64,000 nt of DNA, taken from IMG/VR virus record IMGVR_UViG_3300042293_000433; one strand, written 5' to 3'. Shown here one piece after another: positions 27,718 to 35,639 of the stretch. This DNA comes from a virus. Its lineage: Duplodnaviria; Heunggongvirae; Uroviricota; Caudoviricetes. Each line of letters begins with the position of its first letter. Positions within the stretch are counted from its first letter, which is position 1. A program made the translations under genes and the position numbers. The notes under the pieces are model-generated. The model had not been told where the DNA came from. It saw only the letters and a program-made list of their open reading frames with translations, and ran no database searches.

Positions 27718-28320
27718 TTATATATTTTGTTCTTTGTATAATTTCATATACTTGTCACTCATTTTTTTGTAGTTCATTCTGAAATTAGGGGGCATTGCTT
27801 CATAGATAGCTTTATTACTATATGGTGCGTTGCCTGGTCTACTCCATCTCTTTGAGTATCTCATCCAATTATAAAACTGAATATATGCATTTGCTTTCTT
27901 AATGTAATCGTTAAGGTCAATTGGTAGTTTCCATTTCTTAATTAACTTTACCGAGCGTTTCTCATTATCCAATTCTAAATCTCTACTCCATTCTATTGCG
28001 TTTTTAATGCTACGAATTTTCTTGCCACCCAACCAATCGTCTAAATGGGTCACTCCGGTCGAACCGGTTTTCCATATGTTAGTGCTCTTATCTTGCCATT
28101 GTGTTAAGTGTGCATATTCATGTGTTAATATACCTAACCAATCTTTACTTTTACCCGCTACTACTAATCTCATAGTTTCCTCACAAAAGTAACCACTACA
28201 TCTTATATTACCACTCAATACTAAATATTTTACAGGTCGTATTTGGCATCTAATCCCCACTTCCTTACAATGTCCTTTCACATGATTAATGAAAGCTCTT
28301 ACGTTTTTTGTTAATGCCAT
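27718..28320 (-). CDS. HExxH-motif protein (putative metallopeptidase)
   Basis: 200 aa; GILTHEYAHLTQW. Confidence 0.4.
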   Translation of the reverse strand: MALTKNVRAFINHVKGHCKEVGIRCQIRPVKYLVLSGNIRCSGYFCEETMRLVVAGKSKDWLGILTHEYAHLTQWQDKSTNIWKTGSTGVTHLDDWLGGKKIRSIKNAIEWSRDLELDNEKRSVKLIKKWKLPIDLNDYIKKANAYIQFYNWMRYSKRWSRPGNAPYSNKAIYEAMPPNFRMNYKKMSDKYMKLYKEQNI

Positions 28321-28335
28321 TTTGTTTTATTATTA

Positions 28336-28380
28336 ATTTAAAAAATAAAGGAGGGTACAAATTGTACCCCCCTTAGTTAT
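28336..28380 (-). terminator. rho-independent terminator (minus strand)
   Basis: 13-bp stem aaggagggtacaa/ttgtacccccctt (1 mismatch) with 1-nt loop; minus RNA continues UUUAUUUUUUAAAU; directly after 3' end of AAA+ ATPase gene. Confidence 0.55.
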
Positions 28381-28429
28381 TTAGGTATAGTCGTTATGAG
28401 TATGTATAAAACTATACCCTCATAACATA

Positions 28430-29662
28430 TTACCAAACAATAGTATCGTCATTCGCATCTTCCTCTTTCACTTCGTTGAATAACTTTTCACCTTCATTCT
28501 CATCTACTACGAATTTTTGTATAAGTTGCTTAATGTAAGTACGCTCACTATCCATACCACCATCTTGTGAATAGAACGGGAAGATTGCTACCTCAGCTGC
28601 TTCTAACAAACTGAAACCATCATACAACAAACCTGCCATCTCTACTGAAATACGAGTTGATACAGCAGTTGTCAATTTACCCGCCTCACCTTTGATTTGG
28701 TCTCTAGTGTGTGCCGCAATCTCTGCTACTGATTTCAAATTGTAATCATTCGTATCAGGATATAACATCTTTAACAATTCATATTCCTGCTCAGCATTCA
28801 ATACATCTACCTCAATTGTCACGAATCTATCTAACAATGCTCTATCCATTACACGCGTTGCAGTATATTCAGAACCGATGTTTGCAGTTGCAATAAAGGT
28901 AACACCTTCTGCCACCTTAACAATTGGTGAATTTTCTTGCTCATCTAATCGTAAGTATCTTTGTGTTTGGTCTAACACTGTCATTAGGATATTAGCGGCT
29001 TCTGGATGAGCTCTACTTAATTCATCTAATAACACAACTGCGTAAGGTGTCTTAATAGCTTTAACGAATGCACTCTCACTAAAATAAGTACCACTTGCTT
29101 TGTTAAAGTGTGTGTTACCAATTAATGCCGCCCTCGGGTCTTGCGTCGCACCTAAGTTAAAGTAATGAAACGGTCTTTTCAATGCCGCAACTAATGCTTT
29201 AGCTGCCATTGTCTTACCACTACCCGCAGGTCCTGTCATCATAATATTTCGCGCTCGAACCGCTGAACGTAATAAATATTTCCACTTCAACTCGTTCATA
29301 ATTAAGTTAGCAGGTTTTAACGCCATACCCTCTTTATGAATGAAATCGATAACATCTTTATGCTCCGTTGGATTTTCTACGATAGTTTCAGCGATATCCG
29401 TATTCATCGGCTTAACCAACATATCCGTATATTCTTGCATTTCTACCATACGATAGCTTTTAGCTCCGTTTTTGTTTACATGCGCACGAATTGCTTTATT
29501 TTGTGCTGATGCTTTTTTTCGTAAAGAACTACCTACTATTGTAGAATCTGAACTACTTAATACATCACCCGCAGTATTAACTAAGTTAAAACGGGATTTA
29601 AGATTTTCTACTTTGTACACTTCATTTGTGTAACCATACTCTTGTGTTGCTTTTTTACTCAT
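28430..29662 (-). CDS. MoxR/CobS-like AAA+ ATPase (AAA_5)
   Basis: 410 aa; Walker A MMTGPAGSGKTMAAKAL, Walker B VVLLDELSRAHPEAANILMTVLDQ. Confidence 0.8.
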   Translation of the reverse strand: MSKKATQEYGYTNEVYKVENLKSRFNLVNTAGDVLSSSDSTIVGSSLRKKASAQNKAIRAHVNKNGAKSYRMVEMQEYTDMLVKPMNTDIAETIVENPTEHKDVIDFIHKEGMALKPANLIMNELKWKYLLRSAVRARNIMMTGPAGSGKTMAAKALVAALKRPFHYFNLGATQDPRAALIGNTHFNKASGTYFSESAFVKAIKTPYAVVLLDELSRAHPEAANILMTVLDQTQRYLRLDEQENSPIVKVAEGVTFIATANIGSEYTATRVMDRALLDRFVTIEVDVLNAEQEYELLKMLYPDTNDYNLKSVAEIAAHTRDQIKGEAGKLTTAVSTRISVEMAGLLYDGFSLLEAAEVAIFPFYSQDGGMDSERTYIKQLIQKFVVDENEGEKLFNEVKEEDANDDTIVW

Positions 29663-29708
29663 AACTGAATTTTTAATGTTTATTGTTTAATTATTGTTTG
29701 ATATATCA

Positions 29709-29719
29709 TAAAGATACGA
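29709..29719 (-). promoter_or_regulatory. conserved upstream motif TCGTATCTTTA (sense)
   Basis: plus-strand taaagatacga 47 nt upstream of ATG of 28430..29662. Confidence 0.4.
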
Positions 29720-29802
29720 AATTCTGCCCACACTACCAAAACTATTTATAACCTATTGAATATCAACACATTATACACATCCATTTAGGGTAATGTATAA
29801 CA

Positions 29803-29824
29803 CATTGATAATCAATTAGTTAAG
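29803..29824 (-). promoter_or_regulatory. operator-like palindromic element (best copy)
   Basis: plus-strand cattgataatcaattagttaag; core attgataatcaat is a perfect 13-bp palindrome. Confidence 0.5.
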
Positions 29825-29837
29825 TTTTAGTGTGTTT

Positions 29838-31982
29838 TTACGCTTTTTTCATAAAAAGCTCATTCATTGTTTTAATGATAGGAACGATTTGTTTAACATC
29901 AATAAAACGGCTGTCACTTCCGTACATTGTTTTAAAGTTGTCAGATGAACTACTATATGAACTGCCACCAACAAAGTAACTCATAACTTGTATACCCATA
30001 TCTTTGATTTGTCCTACCATTTTCTTAGTGTGTAACAAAGCGTTTCTACCACTATAAGAACATTGTTGATTTGAGAATGTTGGCTCACCATCACATATGT
30101 TTAAGAAATAAGAATCCATATCTTTGTTGCTCTCTACAAAATGTTTAAGTATCGCTTGATAACATAAACCTTCAGGTGTTGTACCATTGGCGTGTAATGC
30201 AGGAAACAATCTCTTAACTTTCTCAAACTTATCAAATCTACTATCATACGCAATACATATGTAAGGTTTATCACCCCACGTACCTCTGATAGAAACTTGT
30301 ACATTTAAGTTACTTACCATTGATGCTGCTTTACAAATAGCAATTGTTACGGCTAATGTATCATCCCACACACTACCACTCATTGAACCACTACCATCAA
30401 TAGTAACGTGCAACATTACTTTCTTAAACCTATCTACTTCTTTGGTACTGAATACATTTACATAATCATATCCTAATGCTGCTACCATTCTCTTATCAAT
30501 TCTACCATTCTTTTGGCGTGGATTGATTGTTTCTCTTTCCTCACTACGAACTGCAATACGCTTACCTAAGATTGTACCCATTACGATACCTCTTTGTAAA
30601 GTATCAGCATTCCAGTTATTCCATTTATCATTCCAAAAACTAGCGAAAGGGAACGAACTATCTTGCATCAATCCTTCGGTCATTTTCTTAGATACGATAC
30701 ATTGAACCGGTTGAATATATCCACCATTCTCTAATTTAGTATCACCTACGGATTGCATTTCAGTTCCACTCTCAGCCATTTGGTCTAAGGTTTCATCCTC
30801 TTTCTTAGTTAATCCTTTCTTTTTGATATTGTTATTAACGAAGTCCTTTTGCTTTTGGATTTGTTTATCCAATTGTTTCTTAGCAGTATCACTCATTAAA
30901 TCTTTACCATTACCAGTTTGTGAAGCACCACTCGTAGAGTCACCTTTCTCACCCATCACAGGTGCATCACCACCACTACCACCCATTTCATCGTTTTGTT
31001 TATCACCTGCCTCTGCTCCAGTTTCATTACCTGCTTCGTTTACATCTGCAGGGTCACCATTACCCTTACCTTTACCATCTTTACTTAAATCAACTAAGAT
31101 ATGTTGTAAGATAGTGTTGGTAATCTTTTCTGCTACCTCTAATGAATCGGTTGTATTTTTTAATCTACTAATATTCTTAAGGTCTAATGTTTCGTAGATT
31201 TCTTTCAAACCTTTCAATTTGTTAAGGTCAGTATTTTGATTTGTGATATTGATAATACGGAACATATACGATTGTAATGTTTCATCCGTATATTCATCAC
31301 TTATCAATCCTTTGTCAATAGTCTTATCATAGAAATACTCATCATACAATGCTCTATAATAGTCTCTATAACCTGGACAAGTATTGTAGATATATTGGTC
31401 AATCCTTCTATCCTCTACAAAGTTTACCAATGATTTAACTACATCAAATAATTGTTCTTTGTTTCGATAATGTTGTGTACCATCAAAAGAAGGGTCATTT
31501 ACATCTAAACCCGCTGCTTTTGCAAAGTTATTAAACATTTCGGTTGGTGCAGAATAAGCAGGCATTAATTCAAAGTCCGTAAGAACAATGTGTGATGCTT
31601 CGTGCAATGCCAAACCTACCGCGATATCAAACTTTTCAGGTTTAACCTCAGCTGATAATACTACCGATTTACCATCAGTATAAGAATCACCTTTACGCGA
31701 AAACTTTACAGGAATGTTTTTGTTTGTAAGAATGTTCACAAAGTTAGCAATTGCTCTCCTATGTGCATTCAACTTAATAAGGTCAGCAGTACTGCTTTCT
31801 ACCTTATTGTACTCTTTTGGTTTCCAAGTATCACCACCCCAATATGTAGTAGGTGTGTCATAGGAACTCCATTCATCAGCCCAAAATGAACTCGCTGATT
31901 TTTTCTCTTTCTTTTTACTAGTGTACGAACCTTTAGTTAAATAATCTAAAGTACCCGTCTTAAAACTGTCATACCAACTCAT
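29838..31982 (-). CDS. von Willebrand factor A domain protein (CobT-like partner of the AAA+ ATPase)
   Basis: 714 aa; MIDAS motif HVTIDGSGSMSGS (DxSxS) in C-terminal third; central Gly/Asp/Lys low-complexity linker; immediately upstream of MoxR-like gene. Confidence 0.7.
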   Translation of the reverse strand: MSWYDSFKTGTLDYLTKGSYTSKKKEKKSASSFWADEWSSYDTPTTYWGGDTWKPKEYNKVESSTADLIKLNAHRRAIANFVNILTNKNIPVKFSRKGDSYTDGKSVVLSAEVKPEKFDIAVGLALHEASHIVLTDFELMPAYSAPTEMFNNFAKAAGLDVNDPSFDGTQHYRNKEQLFDVVKSLVNFVEDRRIDQYIYNTCPGYRDYYRALYDEYFYDKTIDKGLISDEYTDETLQSYMFRIINITNQNTDLNKLKGLKEIYETLDLKNISRLKNTTDSLEVAEKITNTILQHILVDLSKDGKGKGNGDPADVNEAGNETGAEAGDKQNDEMGGSGGDAPVMGEKGDSTSGASQTGNGKDLMSDTAKKQLDKQIQKQKDFVNNNIKKKGLTKKEDETLDQMAESGTEMQSVGDTKLENGGYIQPVQCIVSKKMTEGLMQDSSFPFASFWNDKWNNWNADTLQRGIVMGTILGKRIAVRSEERETINPRQKNGRIDKRMVAALGYDYVNVFSTKEVDRFKKVMLHVTIDGSGSMSGSVWDDTLAVTIAICKAASMVSNLNVQVSIRGTWGDKPYICIAYDSRFDKFEKVKRLFPALHANGTTPEGLCYQAILKHFVESNKDMDSYFLNICDGEPTFSNQQCSYSGRNALLHTKKMVGQIKDMGIQVMSYFVGGSSYSSSSDNFKTMYGSDSRFIDVKQIVPIIKTMNELFMKKA

Positions 31983-32013
31983 ACTCTTTAAGTTTATATG
32001 TGAATAAATATTG

Positions 32014-32064
32014 TTAGAAGATAGTAGGGGAATCGAACCCCTACCATGTTTCCAAAACTATCTT
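32014..32064 (-). other. tRNA-like fragment / hairpin (T-arm only)
   Basis: minus-strand sense contains GGTAGGGGTTCGATTCCCCTAC (canonical T-stem-loop GGTTCGATTCC) enclosed by a 9-bp stem gaagatagt/actatcttc; no D or anticodon arm could be fitted. Confidence 0.35.
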
Positions 32065-32301
32065 AGTTTATCTGCGAATTAAGCAGAAATCTTAGCTCTA
32101 CTAGCTAATTGTTGTAATCTTTGAGAATAGTACAACGCTCTACTTGTGTAGTAAGTACGCTTTTGCTCACTACTTGTAGTGTTTGCATTTGTTAAAGCTT
32201 CTGTCAATTGATTCGTGATAAATTCGAACTTTGATTTTAAAGTAACCATTTTGTGTTTTCCAGTTTTTTATGTGGTGGCTCCACGTTTATTAAAAAAATC
32301 T

Positions 32302-32601
32302 TTAATTGCTTTTCATACCTTTACATACCCCATATCCTTGTCTTTGTGATAATCTATATAATCGTGCAGCATCTGCAGCAGGCATAATTTGTATTTCGTT
32401 ACCCGTCTTATGATTTGCTATTGCAACCCCACCAACTTTTTCTACCGAACTACAATTGATACAATTTCGATATCCGTATTTTTCATATCTAAGTTGCGGC
32501 ATATCGTTTTTACATTTAATACATTTAATCATTAATAACTTACCCATAATTATTATTGTTTGATGAAACATAAAGATACGATAAATATCTGAAACCGCCA
32601 A
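32302..32601 (-). CDS. zinc-ribbon protein (probably starts at internal ATG 32547)
   Basis: CIKCKN...CINCSS paired CxxC; TCGTATCTTTA motif lies inside the long ORF at 32571-32581, implying the shorter 81-aa form. Confidence 0.45.
   Translation of the reverse strand: MAVSDIYRIFMFHQTIIIMGKLLMIKCIKCKNDMPQLRYEKYGYRNCINCSSVEKVGGVAIANHKTGNEIQIMPAADAARLYRLSQRQGYGVCKGMKSN
32571..32581 (-). promoter_or_regulatory. conserved upstream motif TCGTATCTTTA (sense)
   Basis: plus-strand taaagatacga 24 nt upstream of internal ATG 32547. Confidence 0.4.
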
Positions 32602-32677
32602 ACATTTTGGAAAGTATTTTGTAAGGTACTGATATTCAGTTAGTTACACATTAGCGTTTATTCTAATATAGATAAGT

Positions 32678-32699
32678 CATTGATTATCAATTAGTTAGG
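32678..32699 (-). promoter_or_regulatory. operator-like palindromic element
   Basis: plus-strand cattgattatcaattagttagg; 13-bp palindrome attgattatcaat. Confidence 0.5.
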
Positions 32700-33132
32700 T
32701 AAATTGGTGTATTTCGTTGTATCTATTCAATATAGACCTAATGTTTTCAGCACCTACCGGATTTGCTGAATGTATTAAATATGTAGGCATTGGTAAACCA
32801 TTTTCACTACAATATTCAATTAACCATTTTGCACAATCATATCCCGTTTTTTCTTTGAAATCTGCTTTTAATGGGTCAGGTGGATTTTCTCTACCACCAT
32901 TATCAAAATAGTAGTTTATATGTTCCTCACCTAAATCGTGGTCAAACGATACAATATTAGGGAGGCCATTAAGTGCGATTGTTCCTATAAATTCACCATA
33001 AGACCTAACTACTTTCCATTTTAAATCTTTATACCTACTATCACCACTTTTTTTAAAGGATGCTTTAGGTTCTCTAATATCATCTAAATATAAATTGTAA
33101 CTCTCTTGCATATCACGTTTCCATTTAATCAT
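32695..33132 (-). CDS. hypothetical protein (flavodoxin/receiver-like pattern)
   Basis: 145 aa; hydrophobic-DD (LYLDDIR), hydrophobic-D (ISFDHDLG), hydrophobic-S (LIHSANP) spacing reminiscent of a CheY-like fold; speculative. Confidence 0.45.
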   Translation of the reverse strand: MIKWKRDMQESYNLYLDDIREPKASFKKSGDSRYKDLKWKVVRSYGEFIGTIALNGLPNIVSFDHDLGEEHINYYFDNGGRENPPDPLKADFKEKTGYDCAKWLIEYCSENGLPMPTYLIHSANPVGAENIRSILNRYNEIHQFT

Positions 33133-33142
33133 TGGTTACCCC

Positions 33143-33177
33143 CATAAATAAAAAAGGGGATAATTTCTTATCCCCTT
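33143..33177 (-). terminator. rho-independent terminator (minus strand)
   Basis: 9-bp stem aggggataa/ttatcccct, 4-nt loop, then UUUUUUAUUUAU on minus RNA; downstream of small lipoprotein gene. Confidence 0.6.
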
Positions 33178-33185
33178 TATATAAA

Positions 33186-33344
33186 TTACTTAGTAGTAAT
33201 TGTAGAATCTACTTTTGTAGAATCCGTAACTACTGATGTTGAATCGGTTTGAACTGACGTTGAATCCGTTTTCACTTCTGTTGTTGTTGCTCCACCACAT
33301 GCTGTTAAAGATGCGATAGCAACAATTGCTAACATTTTTTTCAT
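33186..33344 (-). CDS. small lipoprotein with TDSTSV repeats (52 aa)
   Basis: manual translation MKKMLAIVAIASLTACGGATTTEVKTDSTSVQTDSTSVVTDSTKVDSTITTK; lipobox LTAC; followed by strong terminator. Confidence 0.4.
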   Translation of the reverse strand: MKKMLAIVAIASLTACGGATTTEVKTDSTSVQTDSTSVVTDSTKVDSTITTK

Positions 33345-33415
33345 TTGTTTTGTTTTTGTTATTGTTATTTAATGTTTATATGTCTAAGATACTTAATATA
33401 TTCGAAACTACCAAA

Positions 33416-33664
33416 TTATTTGGTTGTTTTCTTTTTTGCACTAGTTGTAGGTACTTTAGCCGTTGCTTTTTTAACTTTAGCCTCAACTTCAGCTACTTTA
33501 ACTTCAGCTACTTTTTTAACGTTTTTAACTTTGTTCAAATCGCTTCTTAAATTAGTTGCGGTATCTGGTGCTACTTTAGCTACGTCTGATACAAATGAAT
33601 CTACTTGTTTTTCTAATTCGGTTGCTTTTGCAAACAATCCTTTAATGAATGTAAATAATCCCAT
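33416..33664 (-). CDS. small Lys/Ala/Val-rich basic protein
   Basis: 82 aa; KVKNVKKVAEVKVAEVEAKVKKATAKV; TCGTATCTTTA motif 33 nt upstream. Confidence 0.45.
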   Translation of the reverse strand: MGLFTFIKGLFAKATELEKQVDSFVSDVAKVAPDTATNLRSDLNKVKNVKKVAEVKVAEVEAKVKKATAKVPTTSAKKKTTK

Positions 33665-33696
33665 AATTTTTGTTTTGTTTAATTATAAATATATCT

Positions 33697-33707
33697 TAAA
33701 GATACGA
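33697..33707 (-). promoter_or_regulatory. conserved upstream motif TCGTATCTTTA (sense)
   Basis: plus-strand taaagatacga. Confidence 0.4.
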
Positions 33708-33712
33708 AAGGT

Positions 33713-34030
33713 TTATTGATTTTCCAAATATTTTAACCCAAAAAATGCGTAATTATCGATAACTGATTGACGCTCACCCATTTGTATAGCTATTTCCTCA
33801 CTAGAAACAATGGCATCAACGGGACATTCCGGTAAACAAGCACTACAATCTATACATTCTATTGGATTTATGTATAATTGTTTACCTTTCTTATCCTCAT
33901 CACTCATTCCAATCGATTCTAATCCCATTCCTGTCGTATTTATCGGTCCATGTATACAATCCATAGGACAAACTTTTAAACACCCACCATCGATACAACT
34001 GATACAACTAGACGTAATTATAAAACTCAT
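33713..34030 (-). CDS. 2x[4Fe-4S] dicluster ferredoxin-like protein
   Basis: 105 aa; CISCIDGGCLKVCP and CIDCSACLPECP (two CxxCxxCxxxCP motifs). Confidence 0.7.
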   Translation of the reverse strand: MSFIITSSCISCIDGGCLKVCPMDCIHGPINTTGMGLESIGMSDEDKKGKQLYINPIECIDCSACLPECPVDAIVSSEEIAIQMGERQSVIDNYAFFGLKYLENQ

Positions 34031-34389
34031 AATATATCACCTTTGTATATTCTATAACTATCTGAATCAAAATGTTCCGTACTTACTTCAAATACTTCAC
34101 CATCTTCTAATGCTATCAATTGATGTGGTTGTCCTGGATATTGAGTAACTACATCTCCTACCTTTAAAGTAGTTTCTTCGGTAATCCCTCGTTCAGTATC
34201 TATCCATTTGTAAATAAAACTACCTTTGTTTACATACCAAGTTTCTTGTTTCAACATATGATAATGCATAGAGAACTTACATCCTTCTTTAAACACTAAT
34301 ACTTTTCCACAATATTTTTCATCATTGTAGATTATTAATTCATGTCCCCAACCTTTTGGTATTTTACAACACTCCGTTACCTTTGCCAT
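34027..34389 (-). CDS. cupin-domain protein
   Basis: 120 aa; GHELIIYN...HYHMLKQETWYV...GQPHQL pattern of cupin motifs 1 and 2. Confidence 0.5.
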   Translation of the reverse strand: MAKVTECCKIPKGWGHELIIYNDEKYCGKVLVFKEGCKFSMHYHMLKQETWYVNKGSFIYKWIDTERGITEETTLKVGDVVTQYPGQPHQLIALEDGEVFEVSTEHFDSDSYRIYKGDIL

Positions 34390-34780
34390 TATATAATTGA
34401 TTTATAACATTAGTAGAACTGAATCCTTCCATTTTAGGAAAATATACAATTTCACCAACATATTCACTTCCTATAATTTTTTTACCTTTGTATTCCTCAC
34501 CTATAACCATTATTGCAGGTCTCATGGTTTTGATAAGTGTTTCTAATTGCTCATCTGAATCAAATGCTACAACTCTATCTACATATCTAATAGCCTCTAA
34601 TAGTGTAATTCTACTTACTAAATTATTTATAGGTCTTTGTTCACCTTTTAATTCTTTAACTCGTTTATCACCATCAAGTCCTACGATTAGGAAATCGCCT
34701 AAGTCGGCTGCTTTCTTTAAGAGCTGAACATGTCCTAAATGGACTATATCAAATGTTCCGTTTACCCAAACTTTTATCAT
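34364..34780 (-). CDS. hldC: D-beta-D-heptose-1-phosphate adenylyltransferase (HldE domain II / HldC-like cytidylyltransferase fold)
   Basis: 138 aa; VNGTFDIVHLGHVQLLKKAADLGDFLIVGLDGDKRVKELKGEQRPIN and C-terminal FSSTNVINQL align by eye to E. coli HldE C-domain (TNGVFDILHAGHVSYL..LKGDSRPVN..CSTTNIIKKI). Confidence 0.8.
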   Translation of the reverse strand: MIKVWVNGTFDIVHLGHVQLLKKAADLGDFLIVGLDGDKRVKELKGEQRPINNLVSRITLLEAIRYVDRVVAFDSDEQLETLIKTMRPAIMVIGEEYKGKKIIGSEYVGEIVYFPKMEGFSSTNVINQLYNGKGNGVL

Positions 34781-35145
34781 ATTGTAATATTCCCAAAGCC
34801 TTCATCTCTTTTTACTGAGATTCCAATTGCTCTACTTACATCCGGTGTTAGTTTTTCACTATTATTAATTAAGTATCGTTCTTGTCTACCAATACCCATT
34901 AATAATTGATGATAACGAATACCAGCGGTTATCATTTGCATTTTAGTTATCAATTCTAAATCCCAAGGACGAGCCGTAGTTAATACAATGTGATGGCCGG
35001 CTTCATACCATTCATTCATTTTTTCACTAACACCCGGTAGTACAGTCACTACATTTGGGTCTAAATCTTCAAATCTAACTTGCTCTATTAAAGTACCATC
35101 TATATCAGAAAAGATGGTTTTATAATTATTATCAGTCTTCACCAT
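34777..35145 (-). CDS. HAD-like phosphatase
   Basis: 122 aa; IFSDIDGTLIEQ (DxDGT), VLTTARP; could play the GmhB role but does not align to GmhB. Confidence 0.5.
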   Translation of the reverse strand: MVKTDNNYKTIFSDIDGTLIEQVRFEDLDPNVVTVLPGVSEKMNEWYEAGHHIVLTTARPWDLELITKMQMITAGIRYHQLLMGIGRQERYLINNSEKLTPDVSRAIGISVKRDEGFGNITI

Positions 35146-35371
35146 ATAATGAGAATGTTTTTATTGGTTCATCGTATTCTTTAACTTCAAACACACTAAC
35201 TGTCCCATCTCTTGCATCTATAAAATATTGTGTATCACCATTAACTTGATAATACGCTTCTAATGCATCGGTAAGTGATGGATAAATTGTTGTTTTTCTA
35301 TCTGCAAATACCCATCTATCTCCAGGTGCAATTCTTTTAAGAACTACTATCGGGTTTGTTTCAGTTGCCAT
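35132..35371 (-). CDS. hypothetical protein
   Basis: 79-aa ORF. Confidence 0.4.
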   Translation of the reverse strand: MATETNPIVVLKRIAPGDRWVFADRKTTIYPSLTDALEAYYQVNGDTQYFIDARDGTVSVFEVKEYDEPIKTFSLYGED

Positions 35372-35373
35372 AA

Positions 35374-35601
35374 TTATTCAGCGTTTACTACTTCAATAAT
35401 TTTACTTTCTTTAGCACCGGTTACTTCATAATCAACGTTAATCGCTGAATCTACGAATAATTTAACTACTCTAGCTTCTGCTTCGGTTACACTCATTGCA
35501 TCTACTAAATAGTTTTCTTTTGTTTTCTTAATTTTAGATACACCTTTACCATTATCTACTTCGTGGTGCATCGTTACTTGTACTTCATAATACTTTGCCA
35601 T
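35374..35601 (-). CDS. hypothetical protein
   Basis: 75-aa ORF; variant motif TGTATCTTTA 30 nt upstream. Confidence 0.4.
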   Translation of the reverse strand: MAKYYEVQVTMHHEVDNGKGVSKIKKTKENYLVDAMSVTEAEARVVKLFVDSAINVDYEVTGAKESKIIEVVNAE

Positions 35602-35639
35602 AACTTTTATTTTTAGTTTGTTTATAAATTAAAGATACA

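Noticed and set aside
32014-32100. Possible complete tRNA gene
   Set aside because: Only a T-arm-like stem-loop could be folded. No acceptor, D or anticodon arm fits, so it is kept as a tRNA-like fragment, not an RNA gene.
31983-32301. Eukaryote-type giant-virus origin
   Set aside because: Intrinsic hairpin plus T-run terminators, lipobox lipoproteins, a TonB-dependent receptor and FeoA point to a bacterial host, not a eukaryotic one.
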